Shown: piece after piece, positions 24,507 to 36,219 of the stretch
Position numbering within the stretch: position 1 is the stretch's first letter
Layout: each line of letters starts with the position of its first letter
Origin: Squalus acanthias
Lineage: Eukaryota
Length of the DNA stretch: 64,000 nucleotides
NCBI GenBank assembly: GCA_030390025.1
Contig: CM059432.1
Span: 41,480,001 to 41,544,000 of the forward strand
Direction: 5' to 3'
Translations under genes and position numbers: made by a program
The notes under the pieces: model-generated
The model's database searches: none
Told to the model about the DNA's origin: nothing
The model's input: only the letters and a program-made list of their open reading frames with translations

Positions 24507-26468
24507 ACATAAGAACAAAAGAAATAGGAGCAGGAGTAGGTCAATTGGCCCCTCGAGCCTGCTCCGCCATTCAATAAGATCATGGCTGATCTGATCTTAA
24601 TCGCCAATCTACTATCACAGAACCATCTCCTGAACCTAACAGAATTGGACACACGAAATAGGAGCAGGATCAGGCTACACGGCCCCTGGGCCCGCTACGC
24701 TACCCACAGGACCATGACCGATCCGAACCTAGACTCATGTCCAAATTCCTGCCCGCTCCCCGTAACCCTTAATTCCCTTTACTTCTAGGAAACTGTCTAT
24801 TTCTGTTTTAAATTCATGTAATGATGTAGCTTCTACAGCTTTTTGGGGCAGCATATTCCATGGACCTACCACCCTCTGAGTGAAGTAGTTCCTTCTCATC
24901 TCAGTTTTGAAAGAGCAGCCCCTTATTCTAAGACTATGCCCCCTAGTTCTAGTTTCACCCATCATCGGGAACATCCTCCCCGCATCCACCCGATCCAACC
25001 CCTTCACAATCTTATATATTTCAATAAGATCGCCTCTCATTCTTCTGAACTCCAATGAGTAGAGTCCCAATCTACCCAACCTCTCCTCATATGTCCATCC
25101 CCTCATCCCCGGGATTAACCGAGTGAACCTTCTTTGTACTGACTTGAGAGCAAGTATGTCTTTTCTTAAGTATGGACACCAAAACTGTATGCAGTATTCC
25201 AGGTGCGGTCTCACCAATACCCTATACAACTGAAGCAATACCTCCCTATTTTTATATTCTATCCCCCTAGCAATGAAAGCCAACATTCCATTGGCTTCTT
25301 AATCACTTGCTGCACCTGCATACTAACCTTTTGAGTTTCGTGCACCAGGACCCCCAGATCCCTTTGTACTTCAGTACTTTCCAGTTTCTTGCCATTTAGA
25401 TAATGGCCCAGAAATTAAACACGGAGCATTCCTGCGGGGGTAAGGCTTCCCCGCGATATCTCACTGCGCGCCTACCTTTTCCCTCTGGGCTCACACGAAC
25501 TTTAGTTTCAAGGCCAGTCCCACATGCAGCTGTGCAGTGCTTGCGTGACCCACAGACGCAGTTAGTTCGTGCGAGCTGTGGGATCACGTGATTCAGTTAG
25601 AGCCAATGGCAGCACACCATCTTTCATTCATAGTTTTGACAGGAGAACTGTCAAAGCTATGAATACAACTTACCCCCAAAAGAACAGCTAAACCTCAATT
25701 AAATTTAAAAAAGAAGCCATCACATTAATAAAATAACTATAGTTAAATAAATTAACCACTTTAAACAAAAATTTAAATTTTTGAAAAAATTTAAAATCTT
25801 TTTAAAAGTTATAAAAATAAACTTACCTTTCTTTAAAGTCTCTAAAAAGGATAAACCTGTTGAAATTTTTTTTAAATAATACTTAATTAACTGCTTACCT
25901 TGTTTAAAGAGGGTCTTACGCCTCCTTTCTTTATGTGTAAAATCTTCCATGCTTACCTGCGCGTTCAAAGCACTAAGTGCACTGCGTGCGCGCAGCCTGT
26001 AGTGCGCACGCGGTTCACTTAGGAACCGCCCCCTTTTGAGTTCACGAAGTGCCGGTTTCCCGCTCATGCGCAGTGCATGCTGGAAACCGGCAATTGGAGA
26101 CCTAAAACGCGAGAGTACACAGTGCGTACTCTCGCGTATTAGGTCTAATTTTCGGGCCCTTAACTTGCTCTACTATTTTTCCTGCCAAAGTGCATAACCT
26201 CACACTTTCCAGTATTGTATTCCATCTGCCAAATCTCTGCCCACTTACTTAGCCTGTCTATGTCCCCTTGCAGATTTTTTATGTCCTCCTCACTCACTAC
26301 TTTCCCTCCCATCTTAGTATCATCTGCAAACTTTGATAAGTTACACTCGGTCCCCTCCTCCAAATCGTTAATATAGATTGTAAAGAGTTGGGGACCCAGC
26401 ACTGACCCCTGCGGAACACCACTAGTTACTGATTGCCAGTCTGAGAATGAACCATTTATCCCAACTCC
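24507..26468 (-). mobile_element. 5'-truncated CR1 LINE interrupted by a MITE
   Basis: ORF 24735-25286 (C-terminus) and 26160-26468 (SGVPQGSVLGP, KFADD). Confidence 0.92.
25404..26160. mobile_element. MITE-like insertion in CR1
   Basis: Ends TGGCCCAGAAATT and rc GGGCCCGAAAATT, TAA on both flanks; AT-rich core; subterminal hairpin CGCGAGAGTAC...GTACTCTCGCG at 26108-26136. Confidence 0.78.
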
Positions 26469-26668
26469 ATGAACACCCCCGTCCTCAATGATGGCAGAGC
26501 CCAGCATGTGAGTGCAACCACCTTCAGCCATTAGTGCCGAGTGGATGATCCAGCTCGGCCTCCTCCTGAGGTCCCCACCATTTCAGAAGCCAGCCTTCAG
26601 CCAATTTGATTCAGTCCACGTGATATCAAGCAAAGGCTGAGTGCACTGGATATAGCAAAGGCTACAGG
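26469..26668 (+). mobile_element. LINE family B internal fragment
   Basis: Reverse-complement homolog of ~53900-54120. Confidence 0.75.
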
Positions 26669-29600
26669 CCGAGGAGGCAGCAGATAAAAGCAGCGGGAGA
26701 CCAAGGCAGGGTGGACCTGAGCAGCGGCAGTATTGGAGGAGGCGGCACCTCCGACGATTTCAACAACATCAAAAAACAAAGAGTGACATCACAGGACAGC
26801 AGGTAGGTGATTGGTTGGTGAATATTAAACATCTTTTCTCTCTAAGCTAGGACAATGGTTTAAACTAGGAGCGGAAAACTATAACGTACTTTATTAAATT
26901 TATAACTTAACTAGTTAACCTAATTAATATAACTATAAATAGTAATTGAATAAAGATTTTAACTAATTAAATAAATAAAGGAAGGTTAGACTAAGACATG
27001 GCAGAGCAGGTTGTTTGTCGGACTGCAGTATGTGGGAGTTTGTGGACAGTGAGTCTGTCCCGCGCAAACACATCTGCAGTAGTTGTCTCCGTCTCGAATC
27101 TCTCCGGCTCAGAGTCATTGAGCTGGAGTGCGAGTTGGAGATACTCTGACACATAAGGGAGAGGGAAGAGTATCTGAACGGTTTGCTCCAGACTTCGGTC
27201 ACACCTCATAGAGAGGTGCAGGATCAGAACGGGGTTGGTGTGACCGATAGTGTGCAGAGTAAGGGGAACCGAGGTAAGAAAGGGAATGAGGATCCACAGA
27301 AACTGATTCTATCCAATAGGTACAACGTACTTGCTACCTGTGAGGATAAAGACTGTCGGAAGGACAGCCAGAATGCAGACCATGGCACTTTGGAGCAGGA
27401 GGCTGTCCTACGGGGGAAGGAGGAAGAGGAGGAGAGGAAGTGTAATGTGGTAATTGTAGGGAATTCTATAATTAGGGGGACAGATAGCATCCTTTGTAAG
27501 CAAGATCAAGAGTCCCACATGGTATGTTGCCTACCTGGTGCCAGGGTAAGAGACATCTTGAACTGGCTTGAAAGGATATTGGAGAGGGAGGGGGAGGATC
27601 CAATCATTGTCGTCCATCTTGGGACCAACAACATAGGGAAGAGCAGGCAAGAGTTCCTGTTTGGGGAGTACCAGGAGCTAGGAGCTAAATTGAAGAACAG
27701 GACCTCAAGGGCTATAATCTCTGGATTATTACCTGAGCCACGTGCAAATTGGCATAGAGATAAGATGATTAGGGAAGTAAACACGTGGCTAAAGAAGTGG
27801 TGTGGGAAAGAGGGTTCATTTCACGGGGCACTGGCACCTGTATTGGGACAGGAAGGAACTGTACCATTGAGACGGGCTCCACCTGAACCGGTCTGGGACC
27901 AGGGTCCTGATGGAAAGGGCGGTCACAAGGACTTTAAATTAGTAAATGCTGGGGGTGGGGGGGGGGGGGGGGGGGCGTGGGGGGGTGGGGGGGTGGGGCG
28001 GGGGGGTGGGGGGGTGGTGGTGGGAGTGGGCTCAGGGGGAAATTGCAGTACAAATAGTACAAATAGTAGTTCAAAAACAAACGAAAGGGAAGAGAGTAGA
28101 GTAGCAGTCAGAAATTGTGCTTTAGGCACTACAGGTAAAGGGAAAACTAAAAGATGTAAAGCAATTAAACCAGGAGAGAGAAATAAGAAACATGTGAGTA
28201 AAACATCAGAGCTGAAGGATAGGCTAGGGCGTGTGGCCCAAATAAGCGTTCTTTATACAAACGCACAGAGTATAAGGAATAAATTGAATTAACTGCAGGC
28301 ATGAATTCAAATTGGAGGGTGTGACATGGTAGCCATTACTGAGACATGGCTGCAAGACAGTCAGGACTGGGAACTAAATATGCCAGGTTATAAGGTCTAC
28401 AGGACAGATAGGGAAAATGGTGGAAGGGGAGGAGCAGCTTTAGTGATTAAGGATGAAATCACTTCAATGATAAGAGAGAATTTAAAGAGAGGTAAGCAGC
28501 CAGTGGAGACCTTATGGGTTGAATTAAGAAATAGGAAAGGATCTACGACTGTACTGGGAGTTGTGTATAGGCCCCCTGGTAGTAGCTCTGAAGTGCAAGA
28601 TTGTATAAATGCAGAGATTATACAAGCGTATAGTAAAGGCAGCGTGGTTTTAATGGGAGATTTTAACTTTCATACTGATTGCGAAAAGCAGACTAGCACC
28701 TGTCAGAAAGGTAGTGAATTTCTTGAGTGTGTCTGGGATAGTTTTCCACAACAATTTGTCCTAGAGGCAACAAGGGGGAAAGCCACATTAGAGTTAGTAT
28801 TGAGTAATGAGCCAGATTTAGTTAACAGCCTAACTGTGCGTGAACATTTATCCAATAGAGATCATAACACGATCCAATTCAACGTAACTTTTGAAAGGGA
28901 GAAATGCGAAACAGCTACTAAGATTCTTGATTTAGGTACAGTTGACTTCAACGGGACGAGACAGAGACTGTCCACAGTAAACTGGGCAAATCTGTTAATG
29001 GGTAAAATGACAGAAGATCAGTGGGAGATGTTTAAAAAAGAATTTAATGTGATACAGAACCAATTTATACCACTGAGGGGCAAGAGCTCTACTTGCCAAA
29101 AAAACCCAATCATGGACAACTAAAGAGGTAAGAGACAGCATAAAACTAAAGGAAAGGGCATACAAAAAATCTAAAAAATAGCACAGATCCTGGAGAATGG
29201 GAATAATACAAAGAACAGCAAAGGGTCACAAAACAGATAGTAAGATCTACAAAAAGGGAGTATGAAAAGAAACTTGCAAGGGATATCAATACGAAGAATT
29301 TTTATAGTTACATTAGGAAAAAGAGGGTGGTCAGGAGCAATGTTGGTCCCTTAAAAACTGAAAGTGATGATATTGTCAATGACAATGGGGAAATGGCAGA
29401 CATGTTGAATAATTACTATGCGTCATTATTTACAATAGAGGAAGAGGATAGCATGCCGGAAATCCCAAAGAAACTAATATTGAATCGGGGACAGGAACTC
29501 AATAAAATTAATGTAAGTAAAATAACAGTAATGAAGAAAATAATGGCACTAAAGAGTGACAAATCCCCAGGGCCAGATGGTTTCCATCCCAGGGTTTCAA

Positions 29601-30815
29601 AGGAAGTAGGTGAGCACATTACAGATGCCCTAACGATAATCTTCCAAAGTTCTCTAGATTCAGGAACTGTCCCTTGAGGTTGTAAAATTGCACATGTCAT
29701 CCGCTTTTTAAGAATGGCGAGAGAGGGAAACTAAAGAATTATAGACCAGTTAGCCTAACATCTGTTGTCGGGAAATTGCGAGAGTCTAGGATAGGGTGAC
29801 TGAACACCTCGAAAATTCTCAGTTGATCAGAGAGAGCCAGCATGGATTTGTGAAAAGTAGGTCATACCTGACAAACCTGATAGAATTTTTTGAAGAGGTG
29901 ACTAAAGTAGTGGACAGGGGAACGTCTATGGATGTTATTTATATGGACTTCCAGAAGGCATTTGATAAAGTCTCACATAAGAGACTGCTATCTAAGGTAG
30001 AAGCCCACAGAATTGAGGGCAAATTATTGACCTGGTTAGGAAATTGGCTGAGCGGCAGGAGACAGAGTGTAGGGATAATGGGTAGGTACTCAAATTGGCA
30101 GGATGTGACTAGTGGTGTCCCGCACGGATCTGTGTTGGGGCCTCAACTATTCACAATATTTATTAACGACTTAGATGATGGCATAGAAGGTCATATATCC
30201 AAATTTGCCGATGACACAAAAATAGGCAGCATTGTAGGCAGTGTAGATGAAAGCATAAAATTACAAAGGATATTGATAGATTAAGTGAATGGACAAAACT
30301 GTGGCAAATGGATTTCAATGTAGGCAAATGTGAGGTCATCCACTTTGGACCTGAGAAGGATAGAACAGGGTACTTTCTAAATGGTAAAAAGCTAAAAAGA
30401 GTGGATGTCCAAAGAGACTTGGGGGTCCAGGTACATGGATCATTAAAATGTCATGAACAGGTACAGAAAATTATCAAAAAGACTAATGGAATGCTGGCCT
30501 TTATATCTAGAGGATTAGAATACAAAGGGGCAGAAGTTGTGCTGCAGCTGTACAAAATTCTGGTTAGACCACACCTGGAGTATTGTGAGCAGTTCTGGGC
30601 ACCACACCTTAGGAAGGATATATTGGCCTTGGAGGGAGTGCAGCGTAGATTTACCAGAATGATAAATTCAAGGGTTAAGTTATGAGGAGAGATTACACAA
30701 ATTAGGGTTGTATTCCCTGGAATTTAGAAGGTTAAGGGGTGATCTGATTGAAGTTTTCAGGATATTAAGGGGAACAGATAGGGTAGATAGAGAGAAACTA
30801 TTTCCGCTGGTTGGG
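26669..30815 (+). mobile_element. Near full-length decayed CR1 LINE (5' UTR, ORF1, ORF2; 3' end missing)
   Basis: ORF1 Cys/His N-terminus plus SGNH-like blocks VIVGNSIIR, CLPGARVRDI, VHLGTNNIG. ORF2 endonuclease YTNAQSIRNK, AITETWL, GVVYRPP, MGDFN; RT motifs present with stops and frameshifts. Confidence 0.92.
27950..28040 (+). repeat. G-run tract between CR1 ORF1 and ORF2
   Basis: About ten runs of three or more G. Confidence 0.9.
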
Positions 30816-32070
30816 GGGTTCAATGGCATTACCATCGTCAAATCCCTCAACATCAACATCCTGGGGGTTATCAATGACCAGAAATCTAACTGGACTAGCC
30901 ACATAAATACTGTGGCTACAAGAGCAGGTCAGAGGCTGGGTATTCTGTGGCAGGTGACTCACCTCCTGACTCCCCAAAGCCTTTCCACCATCTACAAGGC
31001 ACATGTCAGGATTGTGATCCACTGGCAGGATAGGCGCACCAACGTCAGTGTTCTCGCTCAGGCCAACATCCCCAGCACCGAAGCTCTGACCACGCTCGAT
31101 CAGCTCTGATGGACGGGTCACATCGTCCGCATGCCCGATATGAGACTCCCAAAACAAGCACTCTACTCGGAGCTCCGACACGGCAAGAGAGCCCCAGGTG
31201 GGCAGAGGAAACGCTTCAAGGACACCCTCAAAGCCTCCTTGAAAAAGTGCAACATCCCCTCCGACACCTGGGAATCCTTGGCCCAAAGTGGAGGAGAAGC
31301 ATCTGGGAAGGCGCCGAACACCTCAAGTCTCTTCGCCGGGAGCAAGCGGAAGCCAAGCGCAAACAGCGGAAGGAGCACACGTCAACCCAAGCACCCCACC
31401 CACCCACCCACCCCTCCAACCACTGTCTGCCCCACCTGTGACAGAGACTGTAGATCCTGCATTGGACTCATCAGTCACCTGAGAACTCATTTTTAGTGTG
31501 GAAGCAAGTCATCCTCGGTTCCGAGGGACTGCCTAAGAAGAGAGAAAAAGAAGAAGGATTGTGATGGAATATTCTCCACTTGCCTGGATGAGTGCAGCTC
31601 CAACAACACTCAAGAAGCTCGACACCATCCAGGACAGCCCGCTCGTTTGGCACCCTTTCCACCACCTTAAACATTCACTCCCTCCACCACCGGCGTACCG
31701 TGACTGCTGTGTGTACCATCTGCAAGATGCAATGCAGCAACTCGCCAAGGCTTCTTCGACAGCACCTCCCAAACCCGTGACCTGTTCCACCTAGAAGGAC
31801 AAGAGCAGCAGGCGCATGGGAACACCACCACCTCAAAGTTCCCCTCCAAGTCGCACACCATCCTGACTTGGAAGTATATCGCTGTTCCTTCATCGTCGCT
31901 GGGTCAAAATCCTGGAACTCCCTCCCTAACAGCACTGTGGGAGTACCTTCACCACACGGACTGCAGCAGTTCAAGAAGGTGGCTCACCACCACCTTCTCA
32001 AGGGCAATTAGGGATGAGCAATAAATCCTACCCTTGCCAGCGATGCCCACATTCTGTGAATGAATTTTAA
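30816..32070 (+). mobile_element. LINE family B 3' part, interrupted by an RTE element
   Basis: INILGVINDQKSNWTSHI...STIYKAHVR resumes as MEYSPLAW after the insert; tail at ~32000-32070. Confidence 0.87.
31019..31554 (+). mobile_element. RTE-clade LINE 3' fragment
   Basis: RLPKQALYSEL..GKR..GGQRKRFKDTLK, C-terminal CPTC...HLRTH zinc finger, (AAG)n tail, 11-bp TSD AGGATTGTGAT (31008-31018, 31555-31565). Confidence 0.9.
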
Positions 32071-35000
32071 AAATGGCTTTTTCTTATTCCATTCTTTCTG
32101 CGGTTGCTATGGACAATTTCTAACAGATAAATGTTGCAATTTGCAGAAAAGCAAGTGGTTCAAGTGGCTTAAAATGCCAGCAATCTCACCATCTGGATGT
32201 TATTTTCAGACCCTTTCTTATTCCATTTCATGCAATTGCAGATTGGTAAAAACTTCAACAAAATGTTTGCGAATAGCAGTTTTGTGGTGTTTGATAAATT
32301 TTCAGCTTTTGAAGAAAATTTGCTAAAATATGGATTTTTGAGTTGGTATTCTTCCTTCAACACTATTTTATGAAATCTAATTTTGTGAGAAAAAGCTTTG
32401 GGTATTTAGCGGTTAAAGACCATGACTGTGGTACCAGTCAGACTTCCAACAACTGTAGCATATGTTTGATGCTTTAACAAATTTCAGACATTTTTCTCTG
32501 TGCTTTTATTTATTATTAACTTTGTTTTATTGCTCCACTGTAATCTGGGTATTTCTATAAAAAGGTGAGAGTAAGTTTGTCAGTTATACTGCCAATGTGG
32601 TTAGATTTATTTAATTCCAACTGAAGCCTGGGTCCTATGTTTAGAGAATGTTTACATATTTGTTTATTTTCAAGTCTTGTGTCAAATTAGGAGCCAGTTT
32701 GTTTACTTTGTGGACTTGACCCAAGGCTTGAAAATAGCACCCTAGCATAAGTCGGATTGTGCGCAGTTTGTACATGCCCAACTCAATGTCTACTGAACCC
32801 TGCTGTATTTCCAGGTTCAACTAAATTGTATGAGGTTGGCGAGCAACAGGTGTGATTACTCCCTCCTGTTTGGTGCTTGCCCGTTCGGAGGCAGGAATTC
32901 ATGGGGGTGAAATTGGCCAATGCCAATGAATGAGTCCCCTTATGTCAGCAGCTCTGGAGCTCTAACGTTTGGAACCCCAAACAGTAGGATGACGTCAAGG
33001 AACAATATCCCTGGCTGGATTACAAGGAAAGACAATTTGGCAAGTGCCACACGATATGTCAGGTTGTCAGTAAGGCATAACTATTCTGTTGAATCACCTC
33101 TTCAAGGCTTCATAGTTTTAGTCTGATAGGAAGTTCGTAATTTGTTTTTTGATTTTCAGAATGGTTAGACTGCAGTGTCACAAAGTCACCAGAGCACTTG
33201 AAGGAGTAAGGTGTGTACTTCACAGTGAGTGGTACAGCGATTGGGTAGAAGCCAGCAGAAGTGTGGAGAGAGAGACTGGAGTGCATATTGCTCGCCTGAC
33301 AGGAGACGTAAATTTCGGGAAACCTGACTCACCAGGAGTGGCCCTCTGGTAAGTTCCAGGAAGGGTTTATTGCGGGCTACGGGGGTGGGGGCCGACCGTG
33401 ACTGCTGTGGACTTGGAGAAGCACTCACGCTCCTCCTGATTCTATAGGAAGGTGTTTTCTTTTTAAACTGCAAAAACTTTCCTTTGGCTGGTGGCCGCGG
33501 GAGCCACTGAAGAATCCTCAGTGGCTCATGGGTGACCAACTTGTCAAAGGGGTGCTTCAGCAGATGTTAGGCCCCTAATTTACATATCCAAGTGGCCTAA
33601 CAGACAGGTTAGGCGTCTGTTCGAAATACCTATAAAAACGAGCCCCATGAATTTGGCAGTGGGTCCATCGCTGGTGCAGATTGGCACAGGCGTTAAATTG
33701 GTATGCTTCGTGCCCATTTTACGCTCAAGAAACAGACGCAGCGCATACCAATTTCTATCCCTGTGAATCCAGAGTGCACATGTGAAATTGTGGCACAAAG
33801 GAGAGCAAAGATGATTGAAGGCAGAATGGAACAAATGGAAGGGGCCACAAATGAAGTGTCAAAAATGAACATTTTCTGAAAGAACTTGCTCCCAGACCCC
33901 CATAGATATACAGCATTCCCATTTACAAAATTGCTATTTTGGAATATTATAAATTCTACTGCAAAATGCTATAAAATTCATCAAGTGAAGCCTCAAAAAT
34001 GAAAATTGTCTTGGGCGCACGCTTCAAGACCACCCCGAAATGTACAGTGCAAACATGTTTTAAATTGCCACTGCACTAATGGTAACAGTGGGAAAGAACA
34101 GGGAAGAGAGTGCTCGCCTAACCATACTAAAGAAACAGATAAAATTAATTTACAAGGTTGAGAGGGGTATTAAATGTAAAAATAAATAAAAGTAAAAAGA
34201 TAAGAGAGAAAAAGTCACAGACCAAACAAGTAAGAACATGAAACTTTAGAGTCCTCAGAACTTACAATCCATTTTCAAAATTAAAAAAAACAAAGACCAA
34301 TAAAGTTTATAAAGCATTTTCTTTAATGTGACTTAAAGAAACAAGATGGGATTTAAATATGAAAAGTCTCTTTTGTCTTTGTCACTCTTTATAAATTTTC
34401 TTTGTTTTATTACCTTGGATCTTTAGCAGTTCTTGTCTAAATCATTGTTAAACTCTCTGTGTTGATCCCCAAGTCTGTTATGCTTTACGCTAAATGTCAG
34501 TTGACTTTATTTAGAGGACTGAGGTCAGAGTACAGCAGTATCTAGGATACACGTTCCAAAACAGTGGTCCACACAAACCATCAAACGGATGATAATGCAT
34601 GTAAAAGGGCACAAGCAAGGTTTGCAAGCCTTCATCAGTCATAGTAAGTTTACAGTAGAATACGCGGAGTACACACTTAGGAATGGTGGATAAAGACCAT
34701 GTTTGGACTTTATTTTTTTAGCACCGTCTAGCAAACGTTCACTTTCAGTACTTTAAGGATTCATGGTTAAGAACTTCACGCCAGCATCATTTGTTTAAAA
34801 GAAATAAAACAAATGTAGTAAACAAACACAGTCAACAGAAAAACTAGTTAGACAGAGTTTAAAATTCAACTACTCATATACTGTCACTCCTTTCTCTTCT
34901 TGCCAACACTATGATACGTTACAGTAACAACATTCTGCTGGACAGAATTTGTTAAAACTAAAAAGTGATTTGAATACACAATAAGATGTGCCAGAAATGA

Positions 35001-35099
35001 TGGCTAGAGAAACTTCAACTTGCCTTCAGGCTTTGACAGTAATTCCACAGAGATTGATGGTGTCAAACAAAGATAAAATTATTAAATGACAGTTATTAC

Positions 35100-35425
35100 T
35101 TAGCGCATGCAGACTCGGCGTATAACTCCAGCCATCTTAGAGCGTTGTCATTAGCAACATATAACCAACAACAACTTGCATTTATATAGCGCCTTTAACA
35201 TAGTAAAACGTCCCACGTTTAGTTGGTGGGCACCATTCAATGATGTGGGACATGGTTTGTATTTGCCCGCAAAGACATTTGTCATCGTCACAAAGGCCCC
35301 AAAGATTTGAGGCGCATTGTCCCTGTCCAGTTTGAAAGCAGTTGACAGGCGCCCAACTATAATGTGACCAGTTGAATTAAGTGGCAGTGATTTTTTTTTA
35401 AATCAAAATGACGTGTATTGGCTAA
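35100..35425. promoter_or_regulatory. Candidate host promoter motif cluster
   Basis: GCGCATGC (NRF1-like, 35103), CAGCCATCTT (YY1-like, 35129), GTTGTCATTAGCAAC (RFX X-box-like, 35144), TGACGT and ATTGG near 35409-35422; CpG locally retained in mostly unique DNA. Confidence 0.45.
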
Positions 35426-36219
35426 ATTTGGATTTATTCACATGAATTAGAATTTTGACTTTAATTGGATCATTTGGATCACAACAGGAAAATTATGCAA
35501 TGCAAAGCATGGTTTGTCTGCTTTTGTCTGTTGTATATTTGCAACAGCCTTTGTTTGGTTCTGTGCTACGTTTCTTTGATTTAGGATGCCAGTATCTGGA
35601 AAAAGTAACTATCGGGTAAATGATTTTTTAACACTTTTTATTTAGAATTTTATCTTACAAGGGAATATATAAGCATATATAGCAAAATGGCAGACAGTTA
35701 AAAAGAGTATTATATATTGAATATGTTTACCTGAAACATCTGGATATTCTTTTTGTAAGGTGGGGGCAGAGTGAATAAGCAGTAGATCCTGGCCAAAGCT
35801 TACATTGCAAGGGAGATTGGCAGGCCAGGCCAGTTATTTGTGTCGCACAACAACGACCGTCAAGTTTTTGGAAGAAGAGAGAATAAGGGAAAAGTGGGGA
35901 AAAGGAAAGGGGGAAAAGGAAGAGATATGGGTCCACAAATTTACCTTAGGTAGGTCATAAGATTAACAGTCCTCAGGCTATAGGCCCCTCAAATCCTTGT
36001 GTCAGCTGCCTCCTTACCAGTCTTGCGAAGAAGGTTCAGTTAAGATGACTGGTAGAATCAGGGTGGGGCTACCATTGACAAGGTGCTCATTTAACTCCTG
36101 AAAGAAGGACCTTGAATGGCTGAAGTAAGATAAAAGCAGTACAGTCCCCACTGCTCAGTGCGGACACGTTTGTGTGGATGCGATCTGCCCACTCTACAGG
36201 GTGGCCAGTGTAACCTGAC

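Noticed and set aside
27183..28292. 369-aa glycine-rich protein
   Set aside because: Frameshifted CR1 ORF1 reading through the G tract.
32725..33761. Old MITE-like or nested elements (also ~41455-41890 and ~43200-43616)
   Set aside because: Terminus-like motifs are present but boundaries could not be paired reliably.
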